Shown: positions 9,371 to 19,550 of the stretch, piece after piece
How the letters are laid out: the number at the start of each line of letters is the position of its first letter
Position numbering within the stretch: position 1 is the first letter of the stretch
DNA from: Candidatus Baldrarchaeota archaeon
GTDB lineage: Archaea > Asgardarchaeota > Baldrarchaeia > Baldrarchaeales > DXJG01
Assembly (NCBI GenBank): GCA_019056805.1
Contig: DXJG01000009.1
Span: 239,473-271,472, forward strand
DNA length: 32,000 nt
Direction: 5' to 3'
Notes under the pieces: model-generated
The model's database searches: none
The model's input: the letters and a program-made list of their open reading frames with translations, nothing else
What the model was told of the DNA's origin: nothing
Translations under genes and position numbers: made by a program

Positions 9371-9406
9371 TTTACTTTCTCCCGCTAAGTGGAGAGATTC
9401 TTGCTT
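9371..9406 (-). mobile_element. Degenerate second copy of the IS605-type right-end hairpin
   Basis: TTTACTTTCTCCCGCTAAGTGGAGAGATTCTTGCTT aligns with TTTGACACTCTCCCCGCTAAAGCAGGGAGATTCTCGCTT at 7828-7866, same orientation. Confidence 0.5.
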
Positions 9407-10589
9407 AAGGTTCATGTCTTTGCTGCTTCAAAGTTTCTTTTAATTTTAGTAGTGAGATTATTCCTCCAATGATGTTTAGGAGAGATGCTATGTAGAGGTT
9501 TTTGATTAATCCTATTATTTCGCCAGTTACTCCGCCGAGAATCGCACCAAAACTTCTTCCTAAATTCATAGAACTGTTTATTATCGACATTCCTCTCCCC
9601 CTTTCTTTCTCCGAAGTTAAATCCGAAGTAATGACTACAGATCCAACGTATACACCTGCGTACAAGGGAATTGTCCATATAGCTGCTACAACGTACGGGT
9701 TTTGTATTTGTGAAAGAATTAGAAAGAGTACACTATATCCGAAAGCACTGTACAAAATAACCCATTTTCTACCTAATCTATCAGCAATCTTGCCAAGTAA
9801 AAGCGAAGCCGCTATACCAGTTAGTGTTGCTACAGCATTTGAAACACCTAGGAGAATATAAGTTCCCTTTACATCCTCGATAAAATATATGGAAAAATAC
9901 GTGGAAAAAACACTAGTTCCGAAAGAGATAAAAAACACGATTAAAACCAAAACAAGAATTTGAGTTCTAACAAGAATCTGCCAAAAAGTAACTCTTTCTA
10001 CTTTCTCTGTTTCATAACTACGTTCAATCCTAGTCTCCTTTAAACCTACCAAAATAATGAAAGTCCCCATCAAGGATAGTAGGAAACCGATGAAAAAAAC
10101 AAACCCAAGTCCAATAGTTTCGGCGCCAAATCCTCCAACTAAACTACCAGCAAACCATCCAATAGACATATAAGCTTCATATTTCCCAACACCTTCTCCC
10201 TTCATTTCCACTCTCTCACTAAGAAATGCGTAGCCAGTCGGGATTGAAGCCGTGTTAAAAATCATTATAAGCACGGTTGCTATTAGAAAGTGAAGAGGAT
10301 TTTGTAGTATAGCGTAAAGTAGAGATAGAAGACCTGAAGTGAATAAACCTAAAATTATAAATGGTTTCCGTTTACCAATTTTATCTGATAAATGCCCCCA
10401 AAAGGGAGAAGTGATCATAGAGACCAGCGAAGGAATAGAACAAACAACGCCAATTAAAATGAGAGATGCACCCTTTGTGAAAACATGAATTGGCATGAAA
10501 GCCCAAATTAAACTCCAAGTAAATGCATCAAAAGTGAAACCAGCATATAAAGGCATCATCTTTTCTGTTTCATTTTTCAATATTCTCAC
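9405..10589 (-). CDS. MFS transporter
   Basis: About 12 hydrophobic segments; MFS motif A in both halves (GHLSDKIGKRK, GKIADRLGRK). Confidence 0.92.
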   Translation of the reverse strand: MRILKNETEKMMPLYAGFTFDAFTWSLIWAFMPIHVFTKGASLILIGVVCSIPSLVSMITSPFWGHLSDKIGKRKPFIILGLFTSGLLSLLYAILQNPLHFLIATVLIMIFNTASIPTGYAFLSERVEMKGEGVGKYEAYMSIGWFAGSLVGGFGAETIGLGFVFFIGFLLSLMGTFIILVGLKETRIERSYETEKVERVTFWQILVRTQILVLVLIVFFISFGTSVFSTYFSIYFIEDVKGTYILLGVSNAVATLTGIAASLLLGKIADRLGRKWVILYSAFGYSVLFLILSQIQNPYVVAAIWTIPLYAGVYVGSVVITSDLTSEKERGRGMSIINSSMNLGRSFGAILGGVTGEIIGLIKNLYIASLLNIIGGIISLLKLKETLKQQRHEP

Positions 10590-10592
10590 CTT

Positions 10593-11342
10593 TCAAAGAT
10601 CCTTTAAACAACTCTCAATGTCTATTTTCTGCTTCTTTGTAATCTCTTGCAAAATTGTGTTGAAAATATGTGGTTTCTCCTTTGTATTCTTGTATTCTTT
10701 TAACAAGTTGAAGAGTAGAGATAAATCGTCTTCAGATAGATTGAAAGTTTCTAACACTTTTCTCCTAACAACCGATTTAGGGTTTAAAAAGAAAAATTGA
10801 ATAAGTTGAGTGAGATTTTTTCCCTTCTTCGAAAAAACACCTTTATCAAAATCCAAAAAACGCGGTCCACTACTTGTAACAATAATGTGACGTTTAGGTA
10901 AATGTAACTGGCCATGAGCTACACCAATTTCATCCATTTTAAAGGCTTTCACAAGACTCTTCAAAACTACATCCATAATTTTTCTAGAATCTTCTTCTTT
11001 CAACAGGTAATCTATGATGAACTCCCCCTCTAAAAACTCCTCTATCAAAAATCTCTTCTGTTCATCATAAAAAATAAGTTTGGGACCTAGCCCATACTTA
11101 TTTAAATAACTTAGGAAATAAGCTTCCTTTCTAGCAGCATTTTTAGCACATGGATCATCTTTCTCTATCTTCACCACCATTTTACTACCATTTTGCTCTA
11201 AAAGCAGTGTAACAAAATTTGTACCTTTCCCTAAATAGGAAAGTTTCCCTCTTCTAGCTACTTCCGATAAAATCTCCCTTGCCCTAGTTTCCTCCACCTT
11301 ACTGACAACTAATATATCAAGTAATTCTTCCAACACCTTCAC
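10593..11342 (-). CDS. Archaeal Ser/Thr protein kinase-like protein (RIO/Bud32-like fold)
   Basis: LGKGT Gly loop, VVKIEK, KEA..L, GPKL, EEFLEG, HGQL, FLDFD. Confidence 0.8.
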   Translation of the reverse strand: MKVLEELLDILVVSKVEETRAREILSEVARRGKLSYLGKGTNFVTLLLEQNGSKMVVKIEKDDPCAKNAARKEAYFLSYLNKYGLGPKLIFYDEQKRFLIEEFLEGEFIIDYLLKEEDSRKIMDVVLKSLVKAFKMDEIGVAHGQLHLPKRHIIVTSSGPRFLDFDKGVFSKKGKNLTQLIQFFFLNPKSVVRRKVLETFNLSEDDLSLLFNLLKEYKNTKEKPHIFNTILQEITKKQKIDIESCLKDL

Positions 11343-11356
11343 CCATGTTTCTTAGC

Positions 11357-11638
11357 TTACGGGTTTAATTTCATCTCTCTTATTAGAAAACTTCTAATAA
11401 TTTCATACAGAAATCCCGCTTCACTAGGAAGACCAACAAAGACTTTTCTCCCTTCTATCAACAACACAGGAAAATAATCATAAGATGAAACTGTTTCAAC
11501 ATTTTTCTCCCATTTTATTTCTACCCTGATATTAAAATCTTCTTCAATTAAATCCTTTATTTCTAAAAGCCATAAATAACATGTATAACTCGTATAGTCT
11601 TCTTCAGGACCCACAACCTCAATTTTAATCTTTTTCAT
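11357..11638 (-). CDS. Small hypothetical protein, thioredoxin-like fold
   Basis: IKIEVVG...FPVLLIEGRKVFVGLP pattern; only one Cys. Operonic with kinase and MFS genes. Confidence 0.6.
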   Translation of the reverse strand: MKKIKIEVVGPEEDYTSYTCYLWLLEIKDLIEEDFNIRVEIKWEKNVETVSSYDYFPVLLIEGRKVFVGLPSEAGFLYEIIRSFLIREMKLNP

Positions 11639-11698
11639 ACAATCTCCCTTTCGAAATATTTTTCAACTTCCTTCTCAATTTTTAACGTTGTGATAAAT

Positions 11699-12265
11699 AT
11701 GGAGGTCAAAACTATATATTTTGAACGTCCAGGTCCTGAAAACACCGATAAAACAATTGGAATAGCAAAGAAAAGAGCTCAGGATCTGGGCATTAAATAC
11801 GTTGTAGTTGCAACAACCTCTGGGGAGACTGGAGCAAAAGTAGCAGAAGCATTTCAAGGAACAAATATAGAAGTAATTGTTGTAGCACATCAATATGGTT
11901 TCCGTGAACCTGGAAAAATAGCGTTGAAAAAGGAATTTGAAGAGAAAATTAAAAACTTAGGAGCAAAACTCTTAGTAGGAACAGATGTCTTAACCATGGT
12001 ACCTAGAGCCTTTAGAGATAGATTAGGAGGAAATCCTCTAGACATCGTAAGCGCAACGTTAAGAATGTTTTGTCAAGGCATAAAAGTCTGCGTTGAAATT
12101 GCAGTTATGGCAGCAGATGCAGGACTTGTCCCAATAGATCAAGACATAATAGCAATAGCTGGCACTGGTTCAGGAGCAGACACAGCAATAGTATTAAAAC
12201 CAGCAGATATTTCAAGAATGTTCACCGATCTTAAAATCAGAGAAATCATAGCAAAACCAAGATAA
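11699..12265 (+). CDS. Pyruvate kinase C-terminal (alpha/beta) domain protein, conserved archaeal
   Basis: YFERPGPENT..T...A..RA, VVATTSGETG, LRMFCQGIKVCVEIAVMAADAGL, GTGSGADTA. Confidence 0.85.
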   Translation: MEVKTIYFERPGPENTDKTIGIAKKRAQDLGIKYVVVATTSGETGAKVAEAFQGTNIEVIVVAHQYGFREPGKIALKKEFEEKIKNLGAKLLVGTDVLTMVPRAFRDRLGGNPLDIVSATLRMFCQGIKVCVEIAVMAADAGLVPIDQDIIAIAGTGSGADTAIVLKPADISRMFTDLKIREIIAKPR

Positions 12266-12304
12266 CCTAACCTCTCCAATATTTTCATCCTTTTATTTCA
12301 AATA

Positions 12305-14587
12305 CTAAGTCGACTCTAAATAAATTACCGTTACATCATCCGAATTAAGCTTTAAAACAAGCTTCCTCTCAGTTACTTCCCTTGGCACTTCAATTTGACC
12401 AAGTGAAGCCAAACAGCTAACCCTATACTTCTCTTCCCGAAATACGTCAGGATCAAATCCAATTTCTACATGTTTTTCTCTTCCTCTATTAAAAATGAAA
12501 AGTAAATAACTGTCCTTAGTTTTTCTCACAACAATTTCACCGTTACCTTCTACCATTCTAACTACTCGTCTGACTCCAATCAACGTGTTCAATGCAATTC
12601 TAATGGACTTTAATTCCTTTGGTGTGAGCTCATAGTAATAAGGGGTGTCATAGTGAGCTAAAAGATTCGTACCTATTACAACGCTAGTTCCTTTACCATG
12701 TTCTACAACGTATCCAAAAGGTACATCATCTCTAAACATTAAGGGTCTAATGTTATCTCTAGGTTTAGGTTGAAGATTAACATGTTTGCAATATCCTTTA
12801 ACAAAAACACCGCTAATCATATAGTCTTTAGCTGTTTTCATAAGAAGTGACATAGAATTATTAATGATATAGTTACTCCAAAGTGTTTGTTCACTCCATT
12901 TATGCAAATATTTCCTCTTCTCCTTCTTCCATTTGAGTTTCCAAGCTAAAAACCTTAACAACACCTTTTTATCCGAAGGCTTATCAATTTTCTTAATTTT
13001 AAACGGATAAATAGGAGACTCAACATTTTCTAACCGTTCATTCATATATACTGGAAATGGGAAAGTTATTAGCTTTCCTCCCTCCTCAACAAATTTCTCT
13101 AACTTTTCAAGGATTTTCATATATAAAAATCCCAATGTATGAAAAACCAATACGTTGTACTTCTGAAGGTCTTCTAAACTGGCATCTTCTAGATCCACGA
13201 AACCATAATTCCACTGATTATCAGCAACAGCTCCCATAAATGATTTAGCACTTTTAGATTCCAAAATTACATCAATAGGAGAAAATAAATGCTTAATATT
13301 ATAGTTTTCATAGTGCGCATAAGCAACTTTATCGTAAATTTCTTCCGAGTTTAAAATTAAATCTTTATACTCCTCTACAAAACTACCTATTTTCTCATGT
13401 ATTTTAAATCTCTCAGTTGGATCACCATGTTCGTCAAAAGCACTTCTATATGCATAAGGTGTACCATCAGCTTCAATACAATCATGAATAACATACCAAA
13501 CCAAACCTTTCAAACCATGAGAAATAAGAGACATAGCAAGCTGCCATGTCTCATTAATAGAAACATGAGTATAAGGATCAAGATACCCGCTTTGAACTTC
13601 AGCAGCCCAACTTCTCTTACCATGTTTTTCAGCATAGTAATTCACATATTTTGCATCAAAAACAGGAGTAAAAGGAAAATCAAAACAGTACTGCCAATTC
13701 GGAAAAACCTTAACATAAATATCTAACCCAAGATTACCAACCTTAAACTTCTCCTTACTTCTAACCGGATGCAACATAAGAATAGAATCATTCAAAACAA
13801 CAGGAACCTTAAACCCTACCCGCTCCACCATGTCCTTCAAATCCCTTAAATACTCCACAATATAAAACTGGTAAAATTTAAGCCAATCCAACCATTGAAC
13901 CCCATGTTCACGTACAATTCTTCCTCTCGGCGGGTTAACACGGTCAAAATCACTAAAACTAGATCTACACGTCTTATTTAATTCATTTATATCTCCATAT
14001 TTCTCTTTCAGCCACGATCTAAACCTAGACACGATGTAAGGATTATAATCCACCTTGTTTAAAACTTCCCCAGCCAAAAATAAACCAGTTTCGTTATCAA
14101 GTTGAATGGCAATTATAGTGCCGTCATCCACAAATTCTTTAACAACCTTGTAAAGAGCTGAATACCATTTCTCTACAAGCTTCATAAGCTTTGGGTGACC
14201 ATAAGAAACATGAGACCCTCTCCTACCTTTCTCATCAACAATTAAACATTCAGGATATTTCTCTCGAACCCATAAAGGAACACCATAACCATTATACTCC
14301 GCGTAAATATAAGGTCCAGGTCGAATAATAAACCTTAAACCGCTTTCACGAACCAAAGAAAGAAAACGAATTAAATCTCTCATAGGATGAGTTTCACCAA
14401 CAAAATCAAAACGTCCTTCTTCTAACTCGTGCCATATCCACGGAACATAAGAAGAAACCACATTGATTTTCATTTCCTTAAGCTTTGGCAGATTTTTTCC
14501 CCAAAGCACAGGTTCGATCCTAAAATATTGAAACTCACCACCATGCAAAAACTCATTCTTCTGTATAAAATCCCTCTCCTCAACCAT
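12305..14587 (-). CDS. GH35/GH42 beta-galactosidase or exo-beta-D-glucosaminidase-like glycosidase
   Basis: YVPWIWHE..EGRFDF, IIRPGPYIYAE, QLDNE (acid/base), AEVQSG (putative nucleophile), trimerisation-type C-terminal domains. Confidence 0.85.
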   Translation of the reverse strand: MVEERDFIQKNEFLHGGEFQYFRIEPVLWGKNLPKLKEMKINVVSSYVPWIWHELEEGRFDFVGETHPMRDLIRFLSLVRESGLRFIIRPGPYIYAEYNGYGVPLWVREKYPECLIVDEKGRRGSHVSYGHPKLMKLVEKWYSALYKVVKEFVDDGTIIAIQLDNETGLFLAGEVLNKVDYNPYIVSRFRSWLKEKYGDINELNKTCRSSFSDFDRVNPPRGRIVREHGVQWLDWLKFYQFYIVEYLRDLKDMVERVGFKVPVVLNDSILMLHPVRSKEKFKVGNLGLDIYVKVFPNWQYCFDFPFTPVFDAKYVNYYAEKHGKRSWAAEVQSGYLDPYTHVSINETWQLAMSLISHGLKGLVWYVIHDCIEADGTPYAYRSAFDEHGDPTERFKIHEKIGSFVEEYKDLILNSEEIYDKVAYAHYENYNIKHLFSPIDVILESKSAKSFMGAVADNQWNYGFVDLEDASLEDLQKYNVLVFHTLGFLYMKILEKLEKFVEEGGKLITFPFPVYMNERLENVESPIYPFKIKKIDKPSDKKVLLRFLAWKLKWKKEKRKYLHKWSEQTLWSNYIINNSMSLLMKTAKDYMISGVFVKGYCKHVNLQPKPRDNIRPLMFRDDVPFGYVVEHGKGTSVVIGTNLLAHYDTPYYYELTPKELKSIRIALNTLIGVRRVVRMVEGNGEIVVRKTKDSYLLFIFNRGREKHVEIGFDPDVFREEKYRVSCLASLGQIEVPREVTERKLVLKLNSDDVTVIYLEST

Positions 14588-14806
14588 TTATTTCACCAAC
14601 ATCATAAAATGAATCCACCACTATACTATTAAATCTAATTCACTTACCAAAACAAGCAATCAGAAATTTGACCTACTATTTACCAATTAAAACGACTAAA
14701 CATTCAAACTAATGTAATTTTATGGTCCTATTTGTCAAATTATTTTTGAGATACTTCCCACTAACTATTTATTTCTGGTAGCGTAAGTGAATCTGGTGTA
14801 CCTGAG

Positions 14807-15772
14807 TTGTCAATAACCGAAGTTACTTTAAACGTAGTTAGGGTACGAGGAGATTACAAACCCTCGATAGGATACCCCTCATGTTACATTTTCTTCGGAG
14901 ACAACGAAATTGCAATAATCGATACAGGAACAATAGATTTTCCTCGCAGAGAAGTATTAAGAGCAATCGAAAAACGTGGCCATGACATTCAAAAACACGT
15001 TAAAATGATTATAGTCACTCATCCTCATCCTGATCACATAGGAACATTAAAATGGCTGAGAAACAAGACAAAAGCCGAAGTTGCTGCCTTTGAAGGCCTC
15101 GAAGAACTTCTCAAAAAACCATCAAAAATTTTCGAAAATAACTTCAAAGTCGGTAAACTCAGCAAACTGAAATTGAAAACTATGAATCCCACTTTTGACT
15201 ATGAAGAATTAAAAGGCGTAGACGTGGACCATCCGCTTGAACAAGGAGAAACAATAACCCTAGGAAATTATAAACTAAAAGTTTACCACACCGGAGGACA
15301 TTGCTTCGGACACATAGTTTTATATGAACTTTCAAATGAAATGCTCTTTGCTGGAGATGAGGTTTTATGTCACCCACAAAGCCCACTTAAATTCTTCATA
15401 GATCTAACCGGAAGCGCCGAAAAACGGGAACATGCACTTATGGTTCTTAACAAACTAAGCCCCAAATATCTGCTACCTACCCATGACGAGCCAAGAATAG
15501 ATGAAAAAGCCAAAATTGCGCTAGAAACAGCATTAGACGCCCATAACATATGGAAAGAAACAGTTTTAGACGCTGTAAAAGTCTCAAAAAGGGGAACGCT
15601 ACCAGCAATCGGAGAATATGTTAGAAAACTCTTAAACATAAAATGGGTAGGAGGAATGGACATACTTGTAAACAATTTAACAACCTTAGCTTTCCTAAAA
15701 CAATTTGAAAAACAAGGCAAAATAGAAAGAATAGAAAATAAAAAAGAAACAATTTGGAAAATAAATGAATAG
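14807..15772 (+). CDS. Metallo-beta-lactamase fold hydrolase
   Basis: IIDTG, THPHPDHIG (HxHxDH), HTGGHCFGH, FAGD, LLPTH. Confidence 0.9.
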   Translation: MSITEVTLNVVRVRGDYKPSIGYPSCYIFFGDNEIAIIDTGTIDFPRREVLRAIEKRGHDIQKHVKMIIVTHPHPDHIGTLKWLRNKTKAEVAAFEGLEELLKKPSKIFENNFKVGKLSKLKLKTMNPTFDYEELKGVDVDHPLEQGETITLGNYKLKVYHTGGHCFGHIVLYELSNEMLFAGDEVLCHPQSPLKFFIDLTGSAEKREHALMVLNKLSPKYLLPTHDEPRIDEKAKIALETALDAHNIWKETVLDAVKVSKRGTLPAIGEYVRKLLNIKWVGGMDILVNNLTTLAFLKQFEKQGKIERIENKKETIWKINE

Positions 15773-15785
15773 AAAAGCATAAAAT

Positions 15786-16616
15786 TTACGTTTTAATTTT
15801 AGACTTGTATTCAGCCAACAAACTCCTTATTTTCTTCGCTCGAGTTTTACCAAATTCCGGAAGCAAATTCTTTATTCGTTCCATAACATCCTCGATCAAT
15901 TCTGTGTCATTAGCTTCCAGATATTTATCTATTGCCTTAAAATAGTAATCAACTGCCTTAGCGTATTTTCCATGTTCTTCCCATGCCTCAGCCATGGTTA
16001 CCAAAGTATCAGCGACACTTAAATCATCTTCTTTCTCCTGTATGATACTTAAAGCCTTTTGAAAATATCTTTCAGCCCTTTGAATATCATTCATAGCTAA
16101 ATAGCTACTACCTAAATCTAAATAAGCACTTATAGTTCCATCCGTAACTTTCAACTTTTGATAAAGTTTGATTGCTTTTTGCAGAAAATTAATAGCATTT
16201 TCAAATTGTCCTAAGTTCAAATATGCTACCGCTAGTCCATAGTAAGCATCAGCTAATCCTTCTTCCTCTTTGAGTTTCTCATAAATCTGTAAAGCCCTAT
16301 TACAATAAGGAATAGCATCTTCGGATCTTTCCATACTACTAAAGGCCACACAGAGATTATAAGAAGTATCTGCTATACCTTTTTCATCACCAAGTTTCTC
16401 ATAGTTCTTTAAAGCACGTAAACAATAATCTACAGCTTTCTCACAGTCGCCCTGCTCAAGTAAAATTAACGCCGCTTGGTTAAATACTTGAGCAGCGTCT
16501 TGAAGCTTACCATCTTTTTCAAATTTTTCTCCCTTCAAAACAAGTTCATTGACAGTTTCAAATTTTTCTCCCACATTTTCGCTAAATTCTCCACCGTCTT
16601 TGCACACTTTTTTCAC
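15786..16616 (-). CDS. TPR-repeat protein (about 40-aa repeats, SNAP/TPR_12-like)
   Basis: Repeats of A..Y..LA.AY...G..E.A..Y...AL..Y.KL...EG with ~40-aa periodicity. Confidence 0.85.
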   Translation of the reverse strand: MKKVCKDGGEFSENVGEKFETVNELVLKGEKFEKDGKLQDAAQVFNQAALILLEQGDCEKAVDYCLRALKNYEKLGDEKGIADTSYNLCVAFSSMERSEDAIPYCNRALQIYEKLKEEEGLADAYYGLAVAYLNLGQFENAINFLQKAIKLYQKLKVTDGTISAYLDLGSSYLAMNDIQRAERYFQKALSIIQEKEDDLSVADTLVTMAEAWEEHGKYAKAVDYYFKAIDKYLEANDTELIEDVMERIKNLLPEFGKTRAKKIRSLLAEYKSKIKT

Positions 16617-16712
16617 CTTTACTATCTAATTCATTGTTTCATTTCTAATTTTGCCTAGTGCAAAATAAATTAATTAAATTTTAAAAGTTTTGATTACAAC
16701 GAACTATCAAAT

Positions 16713-17954
16713 TCAACCAAAAACACTGGAAATCGCTGAACTCACCTTTGGAATATTAAGTTTATTTAGGTTACTCAAAACAATTTTTACTCTGGCTTTT
16801 CCCTCAACTAAATCTAGTATAGACTTTAAAAATTCATCAATAACAATATCATATATCTTCCTAAACCCGATTTTCTCAATAGTCCATCCATAATATTTTT
16901 TCCACGAAGGTCGTGGTAACAGTTTCTCAACGGTGTAATATGGATTCAAAGAAATAGAGAGTGTCGTGAGAAAATCTAAAAACTTGCTTTCACTTTCAAC
17001 GGGCAAGAGTTTAAATCTCTGCTTAAAAATCTTCAAACTTTCATATTGTGCCTGCGCCGTTTCAATTGATTCCACTATACTCTCCCTAAAAGCTCTCCTA
17101 GGTTTAGTACCTTTGAGATTGGGCGTATACGCCATAGCACCCCTTTCACCAATAATTATAATATCCTCTTCTGCCTTACCAAGCGAAAAACCAACCTCCT
17201 CCTTTGCAACATTCAGGTCTACCGAGGCCCAGTCAGGAGACAAAGTTACCAAACCATAAATTTCTCTAATATTCTCATGCATGCTTAGAGGGTCAGAACT
17301 TATAATATGCGTAAAGTGTCTAGTGTCGCTTAGAGCAATTTTAGCATCTTCCTGAGCATCAAAAGTATATAAACTATAAATAACGGCATCTCTAAGTTTT
17401 TCAAAAAACTCTTCAAAATCTAATTTACCAAAGAAAGGAGAATCAATAACAATATCTTCACCATTAGCAAACCTAATTAAAGTATCCACTGTAAATTTGC
17501 CTTGGAGAGCAGATTTTAAATGGAGAATACACGAACCAAACGGAAAAATCTTTACTTCAACATTTCCTCTAATCGGAAAATCTAATACACCCTCAATCGA
17601 AATATTCTTCTGAGACTTAGCTACCAAAGGTACTACATGCCTTACTGGAAACTTAATAGCCTTCGATATTTTTAGAAGCTCATGATGCGTGGGACGCCAA
17701 GAACCGTGAACATCAATTCTTAAAAGACCTATGTTCTCTATATAGTCAATTGTTCTTTTCTCAGCATTCTTTTCTGCTGCTTTGCACTTCCTTAAAAGAT
17801 GTTCAGAATTTCCAAGAAATCTAAATCTTTCCTTCAATTTGTTTGGCTTCTCTATAACGTAGATTAGCGGGAAAACCCTATAGATATCTATGGAAACAAC
17901 ATTAAGATTTGCTAATTTCAATTTCCTTCCCTCTCTACCGTGATGATGCCGCAA
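16713..17954 (-). CDS. Hypothetical protein
   Basis: 413-codon ORF with genome-typical composition, co-directional with nfeD and the TPR gene; no family recognised. True start is probably a few codons downstream. Confidence 0.75.
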   Translation of the reverse strand: MRHHHGREGRKLKLANLNVVSIDIYRVFPLIYVIEKPNKLKERFRFLGNSEHLLRKCKAAEKNAEKRTIDYIENIGLLRIDVHGSWRPTHHELLKISKAIKFPVRHVVPLVAKSQKNISIEGVLDFPIRGNVEVKIFPFGSCILHLKSALQGKFTVDTLIRFANGEDIVIDSPFFGKLDFEEFFEKLRDAVIYSLYTFDAQEDAKIALSDTRHFTHIISSDPLSMHENIREIYGLVTLSPDWASVDLNVAKEEVGFSLGKAEEDIIIIGERGAMAYTPNLKGTKPRRAFRESIVESIETAQAQYESLKIFKQRFKLLPVESESKFLDFLTTLSISLNPYYTVEKLLPRPSWKKYYGWTIEKIGFRKIYDIVIDEFLKSILDLVEGKARVKIVLSNLNKLNIPKVSSAISSVFG

Positions 17955-17994
17955 GTAAACGTATATTAGTTTCGTTAGTTAATAATTCCTAGTA

Positions 17995-19458
17995 TTACTC
18001 CTTGCTTCTTTGTCCAACACTTTTAACGATAAGAGTTAATCCCTCCACACCAATCACTTTAATTTTGTCACCAGTTGCTATAAATTCTTCGTCCGTTTTT
18101 GCAGACCACTCTTCACCTTCCACGTAAACAATACCCTTTAAGTCAGATGTTATATCAGTTTTTGCATATCCAACTTTCCCTATTAACAAATCTATGTCAA
18201 ACTCTTTCCTTAAACGCTTCGCTTCCAGCCCCTTATAAATTATAAAACCAAAGAGTGCCGAGGTAAGCCCAGTTATACCAAGTGCCAAAATTCTGAAAGT
18301 CGTATAAAATGCAGCAGGCACATACCATCCTCTATATTCAAATGGAGCGAAAGGAGGAATTATTAGCAATATTCCAATAAGAATACATATACTTCCACCC
18401 ACAGCAAAAGCGCCAACGTTCGTCTTTAACTCTGCTATAAAGAGTGATACACCAATGAGAAGAAACATAATTGAAGCAACGCTAACACCAATAACCCCTA
18501 AACCCACTAAGCTAAGAAGTAAACATATGCTTCCAACAAGTTCAGCACCTACACCAGGAGTTACAAGACCAAAGATAAGTGAATAAATCCCTATTGTCAA
18601 AAGTATAGATACTATCAACGGATCACTAAGCATTTGCAACAATGCATAGCGGGTCCCCTTCATATATATTACAACATCTTTATTGCTTATCCCTGCGAAA
18701 GAATACTTCTTAATTATTTTTTCTTCTTCTAAAACAGCATTTTTATCAACAATTTTCCAAACAGGCGTAACATTTCCAAGAACTTCTTCTTCAACTTCTA
18801 TCAGAACTTTGTCTTCAAGCTTCAAAAACAGTTCATTTAACGCTGTAGTAATATCTGCAGTAGAGTATACCACAAATTCTATTACGCCATATTCTAAGGC
18901 TTCTTCAGCAATTAAATTAAGATTGCTTAGAATAAACTCAACAGCAGCTGTTTCATTCCTTGAATGATGAATCGCAAGACTCCTCATTTTTGCAACGAGG
19001 AAATTTATAACTTTATCATCAGTTACTGGGTATCCATATTGGTCAACAGGTCGACAAGAACCTATAGTTGAGCCAGCAGACATAACAGCTATATGGCTAG
19101 CCATCAATATGTATGTTCCACCACTTACAGCTGTAGCTCCTTTCGGATAAACAAAAACTGCAACTGGAACTTTCGAGTTTGAAAACAAAGTCATAATATC
19201 ATCTATTGCTCCAAGCTCCCCACCTAAAGTATTAATCATAAAAACCGTCAAATTTGCATTCGTTTCCTCAGCTGTCTCTATAACATCTTTAAACATTTCA
19301 TAAGTTGCTGAAGTGATTTGCCCATCAAAATTAACTACAAGAACGCTACCAGACGCTTCCGTTATTCCTTCATCTACCAAACCTACTATGGAAACCAACC
19401 ACAATAATACAAAAATTACACCCACAAGTATTCTTCTCTTCTTCATGGATTTCCCCAT
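17995..19458 (-). CDS. nfeD: NfeD-family membrane-bound ClpP-class serine protease
   Basis: Signal/TM N-terminus, INTLGG, AVSGGTYI (Ser), GSTIGS, four TM helices, C-terminal OB fold (GIVYVEGEEWSA...GDKIKVIGVEGLTLIV). Confidence 0.9.
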   Translation of the reverse strand: MGKSMKKRRILVGVIFVLLWLVSIVGLVDEGITEASGSVLVVNFDGQITSATYEMFKDVIETAEETNANLTVFMINTLGGELGAIDDIMTLFSNSKVPVAVFVYPKGATAVSGGTYILMASHIAVMSAGSTIGSCRPVDQYGYPVTDDKVINFLVAKMRSLAIHHSRNETAAVEFILSNLNLIAEEALEYGVIEFVVYSTADITTALNELFLKLEDKVLIEVEEEVLGNVTPVWKIVDKNAVLEEEKIIKKYSFAGISNKDVVIYMKGTRYALLQMLSDPLIVSILLTIGIYSLIFGLVTPGVGAELVGSICLLLSLVGLGVIGVSVASIMFLLIGVSLFIAELKTNVGAFAVGGSICILIGILLIIPPFAPFEYRGWYVPAAFYTTFRILALGITGLTSALFGFIIYKGLEAKRLRKEFDIDLLIGKVGYAKTDITSDLKGIVYVEGEEWSAKTDEEFIATGDKIKVIGVEGLTLIVKSVGQRSKE

Positions 19459-19550
19459 GTAAAATAAAGATTCCTAGGGATTTTAAACTTATTGTCAGCT
19501 TCTACTAAATAATACCTTAATAATTTAAAAATTAGTGTGAACAAAGAGGC

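Noticed and set aside
7709-9406. tRNA-anchored integrated element
   Set aside because: No duplicated tRNA 3' end (att site) and no integrase seen in the window.
17930-17954. His-run N-terminus (MRHHHG) of the hypothetical protein
   Set aside because: Probably upstream of the true start; a purine-rich SD-like tract precedes a later TTG.
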